A stretch of 64,000 nucleotides of DNA from an uncultured cyanobacterium (GTDB lineage Bacteria > Cyanobacteriota > Cyanobacteriia > Cyanobacteriales > Nostocaceae): NCBI GenBank assembly GCA_963706595.1, contig OY970166.1, positions 3,744,001-3,808,000 of the forward strand, given 5' to 3'. The first letter of the stretch is position 1, and each line of letters starts with the position of its first letter. The notes beneath the pieces are model-generated. The model saw only the letters and a program-made list of their open reading frames with translations. It ran no database searches and was not told where the DNA came from. Shown here piece by piece: positions 10,747-20,780 of the stretch. The position numbers and the translations under genes are program-made.

Positions 10747-11176
10747 AAGATTTAAACGCAAAGGTACGCGGAATATGGACGAGAATGATTTGAGTGAGGC
10801 TATAATTGGCTGTGCAGTGCAGGTACATACGGCGTTGGGACCGGGTTTGTTGGAGTCAGTTTATGAGCAGTGTTTGTATTATGAATTGAGTAAGAGGTTT
10901 AATGTCAAAAAGCAAGTTCCCTTAACGCTTGTGTACAAACAAGTGGAATTGGATTGCAGTTATCAATTAGATTTAATAGTAGAAGATAAAGTAATCATCG
11001 AAGTCAAATCTGTAGAATATCTCGAACCAATTCACTCAACAGAACTCTTAACCTACCTCAAATTCAGTAATTGTAAACTCGGTATCCTCTTCAACTTTAA
11101 CGTTCTCCACCTCCAAGAAGGAATCAAACGCATAGCCAACAACTTTTAACTCCGCGCCCCTTTGCGTTTAAATCTT
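10747..11176. mobile_element. Putative cassette: 26-bp inverted repeats enclosing a GxxExxY gene
   Basis: 10747-10772 AAGATTTAAACGCAAAGGTACGCGGA versus reverse complement of 11151-11176 AAGATTTAAACGCAAAGGGGCGCGGA (24/26 identical). Confidence 0.6.
10775..11149 (+). CDS. GxxExxY protein (PD-(D/E)XK nuclease-like)
   Basis: [32 protein letters not shown]. Confidence 0.93.
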   Translation: MDENDLSEAIIGCAVQVHTALGPGLLESVYEQCLYYELSKRFNVKKQVPLTLVYKQVELDCSYQLDLIVEDKVIIEVKSVEYLEPIHSTELLTYLKFSNCKLGILFNFNVLHLQEGIKRIANNF

Positions 11177-11473
11177 CCCATTAACCCTCCCATTAAAACC
11201 ATAAACTTCACGACTCCCCACCAAACCCACTAAACTCACCTCCTTCTCATCCCCCGGTTCAAACCTCACGGCTGTTCCCGCCGGAATATCAAGACGCATT
11301 CCCCGCGCTTTTTCCCGATCAAAATTCAATGCTGCATTCACTTCATAAAAATGAAAATGTGAACCAACTTGAATCGGGCGATCGCCTGTATTTCCCACCT
11401 GTAACTTAATAACAGAACGACCAGCATTTAACTCAATTTCACCATCTAGCGTAATAATTTCCCCTGGAATCAT
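11168..11473 (-). CDS. ureB: Urease subunit beta
   Basis: [38 protein letters not shown] at 11473. Confidence 0.98.
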   Translation of the reverse strand: MIPGEIITLDGEIELNAGRSVIKLQVGNTGDRPIQVGSHFHFYEVNAALNFDREKARGMRLDIPAGTAVRFEPGDEKEVSLVGLVGSREVYGFNGRVNGKI

Positions 11474-11489
11474 AACAGAACTTCCTGAT

Positions 11490-12146
11490 TTATAAATTTT
11501 CCAAAAATTCCACAAATGGCTTGAAAGCTTGAGGACATAATTCGGCAATATCTTGATATCTAGCATTGCCTAATATTATTGGTGCATCTGCCCGTCCTTT
11601 ATACTTTTTGCCATATTTAATAAAAAGTTGTTCTACAATTTTCTTCGGTGGTTCATTATGATTTTGATCTTCAACTGGTCTTGTCCATGTTATTGGTAAA
11701 GAATCAACACCAAGTACACTGCTTAATTCTGATTTAGCCGCTAAAATTAATGCTTCTAAATCATGTTTAAAGCAAAAAACTCTAAAACGCTCTCTGAGGC
11801 GATTATCATCAATTCCTTTAGACTTTAAAGCTAGATTAAAGTTATTGAGAATACCATTTTCTAGTTCTTCGATGGTTTCATGATGAAAATCTATATTTTG
11901 GGGATATAAGTCCGGCATTATGATTACAATTGTATCAGGATTATTCCGGATAATATTTATTGCTTTGGTTGGTATCTTGGTCAATAAATCTTTCTTAGCA
12001 TGACCTCCTTTATCATTGTCCTTTCCCTTAACAGGAAAAAAATTGATGCTAATACCTTGCTGTAATTTCTCTTCAATTAAAGTTCCTAATAATGCTTCCA
12101 TTGCGAATTTATCAGATGTGCCTTCTACATAAATATTGACTTTCAT
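11490..12146 (-). CDS. DUF4276-like (TOPRIM-type) protein
   Basis: IYVEG..D start, [24 protein letters not shown]; overlaps ATPase stop (ATGA). Confidence 0.75.
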   Translation of the reverse strand: MKVNIYVEGTSDKFAMEALLGTLIEEKLQQGISINFFPVKGKDNDKGGHAKKDLLTKIPTKAINIIRNNPDTIVIIMPDLYPQNIDFHHETIEELENGILNNFNLALKSKGIDDNRLRERFRVFCFKHDLEALILAAKSELSSVLGVDSLPITWTRPVEDQNHNEPPKKIVEQLFIKYGKKYKGRADAPIILGNARYQDIAELCPQAFKPFVEFLENL

Positions 12147-13348
12147 GGAAGCCTCTCTAATTCATCGCTACGGTGTAACTGTTCTATTTCATCTGAACCA
12201 AAATCGTCAAGCATATCAATTAAAACTTGAGAATTTCCAGGTTTAATAAACTTTGCTTCTCCATTCTCTTTTCTGAGTACAGCAATTTGAGCAATATCAA
12301 ACTGTGTGAGAAAATAAGAAGCATGAGTAGCTAAAAGAATTTGAGTGCGTTCAGAAGCTTTTTCAAATAAAGCAGCAAGAACAGGTAATGTGCGAGGGTG
12401 TACACCTTGATCTGGTTCATCAATACAAATTAAAGATGGTGGATTTGGCTGTACACAAAGACAAATCCAACAAATTAAACGCAAAATTCCATCTGACAAA
12501 TCAGCAAGACTTAAATCTTGATCAATTCCTGATTCCTGCCAAAAAGCTATGACTTCACCTGGTCCACCACGAGCTTTTACTGTTAAGCCTTTAAAACCAG
12601 GAATTACCGAACGTAAGTGTTGTTGTAGTTGGTCAAAGGCTGATCTATGTTCAGTCATTAAATAATGTAAAACTGAACTTAAATTACCTGCATCTTCCCG
12701 TAATACTGGTTCTTGTTCTAGGGGAACTGATTTACGAATTTTATCATTTGCTATATTGAAGGAACTATAAAATCTCCAATCACGAATATATTCACGTAAG
12801 TTATATAATGCTTCTAGTGATGGATTGGTCATTGCACTCAGCGTTAGTTGATTATGACGCTTTAAAGCAATATCTTGTTGTATGTCTGGTTCAATTTTGA
12901 CTTGTGTAAATCCTCTTTCTCCAGGTTCTCTAATCACACCTTTATTACCTTGAATATCCATATATATGTATGGATTAGTGTATTGATCACTAAAAGGTTT
13001 AGAAGACTCCACACGCTCATAGGATACTTGAGTTCGACCAACCGGACCCATAAGTTCTCCTAAATATCTCATACCAATAGGACGGTCTGTAGCAATTTCT
13101 ATATTCCATTCAAACTTTTGCGGACCAGGTATATGAAAAATTTGTTGCCCGATAGAACCAGGAACGATTTCAGGTGGTATATCTTGGTAAAGACTATCGC
13201 GTAAAAATTTCAGAAATTCAAACAAACTTGATTTCCCAGCACCATTAGCGCCAACAATAATTTCTAGTGGTTCTAATGGGGCTTCAAAATTCCTGAATGG
13301 TCGATAACCTTGAATATTGACATTAGTCAATCTATATAGCGATAGCAT
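12143..13348 (-). CDS. ABC-type / AAA_21 family ATPase
   Basis: Walker A GANGAGKSS, signature LSDG, Walker B ICIDEPD, H-loop ATH. Confidence 0.92.
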   Translation of the reverse strand: MLSLYRLTNVNIQGYRPFRNFEAPLEPLEIIVGANGAGKSSLFEFLKFLRDSLYQDIPPEIVPGSIGQQIFHIPGPQKFEWNIEIATDRPIGMRYLGELMGPVGRTQVSYERVESSKPFSDQYTNPYIYMDIQGNKGVIREPGERGFTQVKIEPDIQQDIALKRHNQLTLSAMTNPSLEALYNLREYIRDWRFYSSFNIANDKIRKSVPLEQEPVLREDAGNLSSVLHYLMTEHRSAFDQLQQHLRSVIPGFKGLTVKARGGPGEVIAFWQESGIDQDLSLADLSDGILRLICWICLCVQPNPPSLICIDEPDQGVHPRTLPVLAALFEKASERTQILLATHASYFLTQFDIAQIAVLRKENGEAKFIKPGNSQVLIDMLDDFGSDEIEQLHRSDELERLP

Positions 13349-13400
13349 CTTTTCCCTCTATTTCGCTGACCTTATATTTCTCATATTAAGTTCTTTTTTC

Positions 13401-13703
13401 CTAACGAATCGGATTATGCACTGTCACCAACTTAGTTCCATCAGGAAAAGTTGCTTCTACCTGCACCTCATGCACCATTTCCGGGATACCCTCCATCACA
13501 TCATCTCGTGATAACAAAGTCGTCCCATAACTCATCAATTCTGCGACAGTTTGTCCATCTCTCGCACCCTCCAAAATCGCCGCCGAAATATAGGCGATCG
13601 CCTCTGGATAATTCAACTTCAAACCCCTATTTTTACGCCTCTCAGCCACCAAAGCCGCCGTAAAAATCAATAACTTATCTTTTTCCTGTGGTGTCAATTG
13701 CAT
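13401..13703 (-). CDS. ureA: Urease subunit gamma
   Basis: [40 protein letters not shown] at 13703. Confidence 0.98.
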   Translation of the reverse strand: MQLTPQEKDKLLIFTAALVAERRKNRGLKLNYPEAIAYISAAILEGARDGQTVAELMSYGTTLLSRDDVMEGIPEMVHEVQVEATFPDGTKLVTVHNPIR

Positions 13704-13705
13704 TC

Positions 13706-13749
13706 TTCTCTTCCTCTTGGCGTTCTTGGCTTCTTGGCGGTTCAAATCT
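13706..13749. repeat. CTTGGC(G) short tandem element between ureD and ureA
   Basis: CTCTTGGCGTTCTTGGCTTCTTGGCGGTTCAAATCT; similar copy at ~41790-41822. Confidence 0.75.
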
Positions 13750-14581
13750 GCCATACTCTTGGTACACAGCCACCACGATGTAAAAAATCCCCTCGCAGCA
13801 ACTCCCAAACAACCGTAAACCAGTTTCTCACCTCAGAGGTAGAAGCACCACGATATCGACACAAAAATCCATTTTGTAACCGAGTCATACCTACTTCCCC
13901 AGAACCATCCCATAAACTCCGTGCTTTTGCCAAAAATTCCCCAGAAATATCACTTCCCACCCAAACCAAACTACCTGCTATTGGTTGTCCAGCCAAGCCG
14001 TGAGGACTGTGAAAAACTGCTTCGCTACCCGGTAAGTATTGGCGATCAATCCACAAGGGTACGCCTTGCTGCCAAATTTCAGTATGCGATCGCCATTCGC
14101 CCTGTAAAAATTTTTCGCCTCTAGCAGTCCGCCCAAATCGGGTAATTTCCCAACCTAACCAACTACCTCCGGGTGCTAATTCTACCCGTAAATCTTGGCG
14201 ATAAATTGCCCCGTTAAAGACAATTGTTTCTTGGGGTAGCCATTCTAAATAAGCACCAGCATCAACTTGGATCTCAATATTTTGCCTCGCTTGCAGTCCG
14301 TTAGTACCGTATATTTTACTAGCTGCGGCTGTGGTAATTAAAGCTTGGGCATTGGCTTGGAGGTGGATATTAGAGGATAGGCGATCGCCTCCCACTGCAC
14401 CCCCAGCAGTGTGTAATATAACACTATGACAAATTTTTGCACCCTCTGGATAAAAAGGCCGTTGTACCTTCAGGGGGGCTTGATTGTGACTGTAAATTAA
14501 CTGGGTACTATTGAGGCGATCAGCATAAACTAAATTAAGTTTGCCATGCCAACTTTTATCTATTGGACTGTTAACAATCAT
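13742..14581 (-). CDS. ureD: Urease accessory protein
   Basis: [33 protein letters not shown]; first gene of ure operon. Confidence 0.95.
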   Translation of the reverse strand: MIVNSPIDKSWHGKLNLVYADRLNSTQLIYSHNQAPLKVQRPFYPEGAKICHSVILHTAGGAVGGDRLSSNIHLQANAQALITTAAASKIYGTNGLQARQNIEIQVDAGAYLEWLPQETIVFNGAIYRQDLRVELAPGGSWLGWEITRFGRTARGEKFLQGEWRSHTEIWQQGVPLWIDRQYLPGSEAVFHSPHGLAGQPIAGSLVWVGSDISGEFLAKARSLWDGSGEVGMTRLQNGFLCRYRGASTSEVRNWFTVVWELLRGDFLHRGGCVPRVWQI

Positions 14582-14808
14582 TAATAAATGGATAAAATTT
14601 ATCTAGATTTAACTTTAACATTCAAAATCTCAACATTATTAAATTTGTAGAAACATTGTCAAAAATACTTATTCGATGAGATAGTTATTTAGGGCTTACC
14701 TGTTTATATTCAAGATTTTGACGGTTTTCGCATCTCAAATTCGGATACCCAAAATTCTGGTATCCTATTTCAGGGTTACTCATCACTTTCACTAATTTAC
14801 GAAAGCTT

Positions 14809-15678
14809 ATGAACCAAATAGTTCGCTTTGTAATCATTGCTCTGGTTGCGTTAATTTGCACGTCCTCAATCCTATTTCAAACAATGCAATCAGGATTAAC
14901 TCTACCAAAATCAGCGATTGATCTGCCAACCAGTGTAGATATCGCTCAGAACATTGATTTTAAAAGGCACTTTCAAGAATTAGGAGTTGAGGGTTCAATT
15001 CTGATCTATGACTTGAACAACGATCGCATCTTTGAAAACAATCCCCAACGTAATGCAACCGCTTTTTTACCTGCATCGACATTTAAGATTCTCAATTCAT
15101 TAATTGCGTTAGAAAGTGGGGTGATTTCAGATGAAATTGCAGTTCTAACATGGGACGGTATTCAAAGGAGTATTCCAGGGTGGAACCGAGACTTGAATAT
15201 GAAAGAAGCATTCAAGGTTTCTGCTGTTTGGTTTTACCAAATTCTAGCTCGTCGAATTGGGTATGAGCAAATGCAAAAATGGGTAATGGAAGCTGGATAC
15301 GGCAACCAAAAAATTGGTAGTGAAGATGATATTGATAAATTTTGGTTAGCGGGAGAACTGCGAATCACACCTCAAGAGCAAATTCAATTTCTCCGTCGTC
15401 TCTACAATAACGACTTACCTTTCTCCAAGCGATCGCTCGCCATTGTCAAAGACATCATGGTAAACGAGCAAACTCCAGACTACACAATCAGAGGTAAAAC
15501 AGGCTGGCTGGGGTTTGAGGACAACGTAACGCCGAAAATTGGCTGGTATGTGGGTTATTTGGAGAAGGGAAAGAATGTTTACTTTTTCACCACTAACATC
15601 GACATTCGTAATCAGAAAGATCCATCGGCTCGAATAGAGTTAACACGCCGTTGTTTTAAAGAACTTGCCGTACTGTAG
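14809..15678 (+). CDS. Class D (OXA-like) beta-lactamase family protein
   Basis: Signal peptide; PASTFK, SAVW, YGN, FWL, KTG, GWYVG motifs. Confidence 0.9.
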   Translation: MNQIVRFVIIALVALICTSSILFQTMQSGLTLPKSAIDLPTSVDIAQNIDFKRHFQELGVEGSILIYDLNNDRIFENNPQRNATAFLPASTFKILNSLIALESGVISDEIAVLTWDGIQRSIPGWNRDLNMKEAFKVSAVWFYQILARRIGYEQMQKWVMEAGYGNQKIGSEDDIDKFWLAGELRITPQEQIQFLRRLYNNDLPFSKRSLAIVKDIMVNEQTPDYTIRGKTGWLGFEDNVTPKIGWYVGYLEKGKNVYFFTTNIDIRNQKDPSARIELTRRCFKELAVL

Positions 15679-15839
15679 TAAATCCCTGGCATTTTTACCC
15701 GGTTCAACTGATTTTGACTCTTTAGAAGCGATCGCTTCTGATTTTTGTCTTTTGTCTGTATCTAATACTACTTTATCTCTACGAATTATCCCCATCAGTT
15801 TCTGCTTTTTTGCGCTTTATTCTACTACTTCTCTCAATA

Positions 15840-15915
15840 TACAAGGTTGGGTTGACGTAACCAAAGCCAACCTTGTATGCAGCGTTGGGTGGCGATGCGC
15901 TGAACCCAACCTACG
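15840..15915. repeat. REP-like palindromic doublet
   Basis: TACAAGGTTGG...CCAACCTTGTA followed by GTTGGGT...ACCCAACCTAC. Confidence 0.6.
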
Positions 15916-16072
15916 TTTAATGCACTATTTTAGGCTTGTCAGTCCACTACAATAGTTAAATTTTTTCAACCGGATTCATCTATGACTATAGTCACGGTTA
16001 AACACAATCAGAAACAATCACTTTAAATCCTCGTCAGATCATACACCACAGACACAAAGCACAAGCATCATC

Positions 16073-16759
16073 ATGACTACCTTTTACCAATGGAAATCTC
16101 GAACCGCCGCACTCATGGCTATGGCAATTACTACTACTGCTGTTGCTCCCATGATTGCCTTTGTGCCTGCTCATGCTCAGTATAATATTGGGCAATCGAG
16201 AACAGTCACAATTCCGGCTAACGCCAATGTAAGTTTTCCGGTTAGACACGAAAAAGAGAAAGTTGTTGTTAGTCGTGGGGAAACATTAGATATCACATTA
16301 AAAATCACAAACGACATCACCGACAGAGAAAGAAATGTCTTAATTCCCAGAAATACTGAAGTTGTAGGCAAGATAGAGCCTGTATATTTCAACGACAGAA
16401 ACAGAGATAATAACAATATTAGAGGTGTGCGGTTCGTAGCACAGACATTAGTTTTTCCTTCCGGTCGTAGCCAGCCAATAAATGCCTCTTCTCAGACTGT
16501 TACCAGAACTGAAAAAATTAGCAGAAATGATAGCGGTAAAATCTTGACAGATGCGGCTATTGGTGCTGGTGCTGCTACGGCAATTTCATTACTTACAGGT
16601 AACCGCAGAATTGAAATTTTAGAACCTCTGGGCGGTGCGGCGGCTGGTGCTTTAGCCAGTGTATTCCTCCGGAAAAAAGACACTGAAGTATTCGTCTTAA
16701 GACCAGAACAGGATTTGAGGCTGGCACTTAATTCTAATTTAGTTATAGACCGCTACTAA
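16073..16759 (+). CDS. Secreted glycine-zipper protein, paralog of the C-terminal half of the downstream SLH protein
   Basis: Signal peptide WKSRTAALMA; AAIGAGAATAISLLTGNR glycine zipper. Confidence 0.8.
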   Translation: MTTFYQWKSRTAALMAMAITTTAVAPMIAFVPAHAQYNIGQSRTVTIPANANVSFPVRHEKEKVVVSRGETLDITLKITNDITDRERNVLIPRNTEVVGKIEPVYFNDRNRDNNNIRGVRFVAQTLVFPSGRSQPINASSQTVTRTEKISRNDSGKILTDAAIGAGAATAISLLTGNRRIEILEPLGGAAAGALASVFLRKKDTEVFVLRPEQDLRLALNSNLVIDRY

Positions 16760-16799
16760 GCTTGACTATATTGCCGCCGTGACTTTAATTATCTCCCCT

Positions 16800-16843
16800 A
16801 AGCGATCGCGACTGTAACTATAGTCGGCGATCGCTTCATTTTT
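16800..16843 (+). terminator. HIP1-based hairpin downstream of gene
   Basis: AAGCGATCGC-GACT...AGTC-GGCGATCGCTT followed by T-rich tail. Confidence 0.55.
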
Positions 16844-17095
16844 GCTTCCTGCTTCTTTGACTCTGCATTCAGCCTCTAAAATGTTGACATTTGTGGTGAA
16901 TTAATTCTTGCCAAACCTGACTGAGACGGGACGCACTATAACTATTAATTTTTAACAGTAGAAATACGAAATTTCCAAATCATTCCAAAATTATCAGTTG
17001 ACTAATGAAAAATCTCAACTTAAGGAACTTTTGATCACGCAAATTGTCTGAATAACTAAGAGAAGAAAATTTTAATTTTACTGGGGTAAATCGCA

Positions 17096-18340
17096 ATGTT
17101 TAATTTAAATCGTTGGCAATCTGGAACTGCGGCACTTATGGCTTTGAGCGTCACAGCAGGCGCGGTAGCTCCCTTGATTACAGCTGCACCATCTTTAGCT
17201 CAGACTAGATTTTCTGATGTTCCTTCTAATTATTGGGCAGCACAGTTCATTCAACAATTGTCAGAGCGAGGTGTAATTGCGGGCTTTCCTGATGGTAGTT
17301 TCCGCCCCGAAGAGGCAGTAACCCGCGCTCAATTCGCCGCGATGATCAACAATGCTTTCCAAAAATCACCGCAACGGCAAGCAATCAGTTTTGTGGATGT
17401 CCCCAGTAATTTTTGGGCATCTAATGCCATTAGGCAATCCTATACCATTGGTTTCTTATCAGGATATCCCGGTAATCGCTTCGAGCCTAACCAAAATATT
17501 CCTCGCCAACAGGTTTTGGTTTCTTTAGCCAACGGTTTAAATTATTCTCCCACTGCTAATACCCAAACTATTCTGCAATCTTTCAGCGATAGCTTTAATA
17601 TTGCTGACTGGGCGCGTAGTCCCATCGCTGCGGCGGCTGAACGGCGAATTGTGGTCAACTATCCTAATGTTCAGTTCCTGAATCCCACTGCAACAGCCAC
17701 ACGCGCCCAGGTAGCAGCTTTTATCTATCAGGCGTTGGTCAGTTCTAATCAAGCCTCAGCAATTAGTTCGCCCTATATCGTAGCTTTGGGACCAACTACG
17801 CCTCCTGCACCTGTATCTGTAACCATTCCCCAAGGTACGGCTATTCCTGTGAAGTACGATCAGGCAGAAAAAATTCTAGTCACCAAAGATGAGACAGCAC
17901 CTTTGACTCTGACAGTAGACCAAAATGTAGTTACTCAAGAAGGAACTGTAGTCATTCCGGCTGGTAGTCAAGTTATCGGTAAACTCCAACCTGCTCAAGG
18001 CGGTTCACAATTCGTTGCAGAAAGACTACTTTTGACTACAGGTGAAGAGTATCAAATTAATGCCTCTTCCGAAGTAATTACTAAAACTGAAACCATTAGA
18101 AAGGGTACTAGCACCAGTACAATTATCCGGAATACTGTATTAGGTGCTGGTGCGGCGGCGGCGGTATCTGCTGTCACAGGCGATCGCGCCGTGGCGACAG
18201 AAGAAGTCCTCGGTGGTGCAGCTATCGGCGGTTTGATAGGTCTATTCTTTGGTAGAAACAGCGTTGACTTAATCACAATCGCACCTGATACCGATTTACA
18301 AATGACTATCAACCAAAACTTGCTGGTTTCAGTTAAATAG
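17096..18340 (+). CDS. S-layer homology (SLH) domain protein
   Basis: FSDVPSNYWA, GFPDGSFRPEEAVTRAQFA, TRAQVAA repeats. Confidence 0.93.
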   Translation: MFNLNRWQSGTAALMALSVTAGAVAPLITAAPSLAQTRFSDVPSNYWAAQFIQQLSERGVIAGFPDGSFRPEEAVTRAQFAAMINNAFQKSPQRQAISFVDVPSNFWASNAIRQSYTIGFLSGYPGNRFEPNQNIPRQQVLVSLANGLNYSPTANTQTILQSFSDSFNIADWARSPIAAAAERRIVVNYPNVQFLNPTATATRAQVAAFIYQALVSSNQASAISSPYIVALGPTTPPAPVSVTIPQGTAIPVKYDQAEKILVTKDETAPLTLTVDQNVVTQEGTVVIPAGSQVIGKLQPAQGGSQFVAERLLLTTGEEYQINASSEVITKTETIRKGTSTSTIIRNTVLGAGAAAAVSAVTGDRAVATEEVLGGAAIGGLIGLFFGRNSVDLITIAPDTDLQMTINQNLLVSVK

Positions 18341-18498
18341 TCATTGGTCATTAGTCATTGGTCATTAGTCATTGGTCATTGGTCATTAGTCATTGGGAAG
18401 TTACCGTCTTCCCCCCCCTGCTCCCTGCTCCCTGCCCCCCTGCCTCTTTCCCCCTGCTCCCTGCTCCCTGCCCCCCTGCCTCTTTCCCCCTGCCTCTT
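18338..18498. repeat. Composite STRR element: (GTCATTA/G)n - GGGAAGTTACCGTCTT - (CCCTGCT)n
   Basis: Same three-part arrangement recurs at ~40898-41010. Confidence 0.85.
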
Positions 18499-19824
18499 CA
18501 TTGGCAACCAAATCATAAAAGTATTTCCCGGTGCATCGGCTGAAGACATATTTGAGTTAATTGCAGGGCTGAAAATTTCAATTTCGCCCTGCATTTGTTG
18601 TATTAACTGTTTGGCGATCGCTAGCCCCAAACCACTACCAGGAATTTCAGTTTGCGCTTGTACTCCCCGATAATGGCGTTCTCCCAAATGTGCTAAATCT
18701 TCTGGGGGAATCCCAGATCCAGTATTACTAATAGCAATTCCTTGAAAATTAGCTTTTTCTTGCCCTACCTGAATGAAAATCTTGCCGCCTGGAGGAGTGT
18801 ATTTCAAGGCATTATCAATAATATTGCTCAATACTTCTTGCAATGCCTTGACATTAACTTGTACCAGTGGTAGATTCCTGGGAATTTCTGTTTTCAGTTG
18901 TAGATGACGTTCCTGTGCTATTGCTTGAGCTGACACTAATAATGGTGTTAATAAATCAACTACAAAGCAATCAGTTTCTTTCTCTCCCGTTCCCGGCAAC
19001 AATAACGCTGGTTTGCGTTCTTTTTCTACAGTTGCTTCTACAAATACTTCATTTTCCGGCAATGACAAAGGCGCTAAATCTGCCTCAGTCCAATCAATTA
19101 CTTGATCGAACTGTCGCAGCAATTCTTCCAGGCGATCGCTTTCTCGGACAATATTCACTCCTACTTCTCGATTAGGATCACCTTGTCGCAGGCGTTTTAA
19201 TAGCAATTTGCCAAAGGTTCTGATTGCTGTTAAGGGGTTACGAAACTGGTGCAGGAGGTTATCGAGCAAATCTCGCTGCTGTTCTTGGATAATTTGCTGT
19301 TGATGTAGCTGATGCTGTAACCAAGCGCGACGTTGATCTAGAATACAGGCGATCGCCAGCGTCTGGACTATTTTCTGAATTTCGCTTTGCTCTTTTTCAT
19401 TCCATCCCCTGTCTTCTCTACCTGTCACCAATAGCCCCATCATCACACCTTCATGGATCAGAGGCAGCACAATTTGGTGGCCACTGAGTCGATATTCCTC
19501 TTTTATATCTGGTGCTTCAGCATCTGCTTTCGTTGTCTCCTGTGATGAAATCGGTGATCCCGTCCCAGCTGTCAATAACTTACTATGTTGCTGAGGTAAT
19601 ACCAAAACATCCGCAACTGTGGCTTCAGCCATTTCATTCCCAGGCTGCAAGACTGCTGTCTCCGGGTAAACCACCACAGGAATCAGTTTGGCCTCGCCAG
19701 CAGGAGCATCTACCAACTCTTGTGTTAAGTAAACAACACTTAAAGATGCTCCCAGTCCTTGGGTTAGCAGTGCTATTTGCTCTCGGCATAGAGCAACAAA
19801 ATCTGAACTAGCAGACATTAACAT
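18376..19824 (-). CDS. GAF-domain sensor histidine kinase
   Basis: HQFRNPLTA, NIIDNALKYT, GSGLGLAIAK; C-terminal tail encoded by repeats. Confidence 0.93.
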   Translation of the reverse strand: MLMSASSDFVALCREQIALLTQGLGASLSVVYLTQELVDAPAGEAKLIPVVVYPETAVLQPGNEMAEATVADVLVLPQQHSKLLTAGTGSPISSQETTKADAEAPDIKEEYRLSGHQIVLPLIHEGVMMGLLVTGREDRGWNEKEQSEIQKIVQTLAIACILDQRRAWLQHQLHQQQIIQEQQRDLLDNLLHQFRNPLTAIRTFGKLLLKRLRQGDPNREVGVNIVRESDRLEELLRQFDQVIDWTEADLAPLSLPENEVFVEATVEKERKPALLLPGTGEKETDCFVVDLLTPLLVSAQAIAQERHLQLKTEIPRNLPLVQVNVKALQEVLSNIIDNALKYTPPGGKIFIQVGQEKANFQGIAISNTGSGIPPEDLAHLGERHYRGVQAQTEIPGSGLGLAIAKQLIQQMQGEIEIFSPAINSNMSSADAPGNTFMIWLPMKRQGERGRGAGSREQGERGRGAGSREQGGEDGNFPMTNDQ

Positions 19825-20088
19825 TTTTTAGCTTTTGCTCAGGATCACAGAATTTAAGGGAAGATAGAAGAAAGTAGCTTTATTTTTGCTCACTCTTTGA
19901 ATAAAGCTTAACTAAATCTTTGTAGTAATGGTTTGCACCGGGGAATTATATGCTTTACCAATTTCAAACATTATTTTTCTGTATCAAAAGTTTAAGAACT
20001 ATTGATATTTTGAACTAGAACTTATATAATTGCGACGGATTTTGTAGCTATAACTACAATCTATAGCTTGAAAGAGGAGGAAAATCAA

Positions 20089-20409
20089 TTGGCAAGAAGA
20101 CGTAAGCGGAAAAGTCGCCGTCGCCAAGAAGGGCGACGCATTCTAGAACATGTGCCTCAATATAGCATCGAAAGTGGCGAAGAAAAACCTGTAACAGCAG
20201 CGAGAAAATTCATTCAAGCTGAAGGGATTGCGCCACCAGCATTGCTACTTGTCAAGCGAAATGAACACACCACAGACCGTTATTTTTGGGCAGAAAAGGG
20301 ACTGTTTGGCGCTCAATACGTTGAAGAAAACCATTTCTTGTTTCCCAGCCTGCGGACATTAGAATCTCCCGTAGGTCTAGAACCAGTGGCCATGGCTAGT
20401 AGCCGCTAA
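20089..20409 (+). CDS. DUF3155-type conserved cyanobacterial protein
   Basis: ARRRKRKSRRRQEGRRIL; GAGGAGG precedes TTG at 20089. Confidence 0.8.
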   Translation: MARRRKRKSRRRQEGRRILEHVPQYSIESGEEKPVTAARKFIQAEGIAPPALLLVKRNEHTTDRYFWAEKGLFGAQYVEENHFLFPSLRTLESPVGLEPVAMASSR

Positions 20410-20640
20410 ATCATAAATGGTTATCTTAAAGTGTGTAATGTGACTTCTGACAATCATTTAACTGGTAAAGTTGTTCAGTTTATGCAAAGTTTTCGTTTTT
20501 TTTAAGTTTGTGACTGATTTGCCAGTATATCCAGTCCAGTTCATTGGATTTAATTAGAAAATCAACTTCTTCTCAAACCACGTTAGTTTGTATCGACCGC
20601 TTGATTTCTAGTCAAATGATGCAGAGGGGAGTCAGATAGA

Positions 20641-20780
20641 GCAATTAAATGATCACGTTTGGCTAAAGCGTGTTCGCGTAGCGTTCGCTCTGCGAATAAG
20701 CTTACTCAGGGATAACCGCTCCCATGCTCCCATTGAAGTAAGAAATAAAGTCTAGACTGAATCTAGGTTTTATATAGCAG
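20641..20780 (+). mobile_element. Orphan IS607-type right end / omegaRNA-like remnant
   Basis: AGGGATAACCGCTCCCATGCTCCC...TTTATATAGCAG shared with the 3' end of the tnpB remnant at 58023-58140 (minus strand). Confidence 0.75.

Noticed and set aside
13704..13808. N-terminal extensions of ureA, ureB, ureC, rpmF and apcD in the ORF track
   Set aside because: They overlap neighbouring genes or repeats; downstream ATGs give canonical N-termini.
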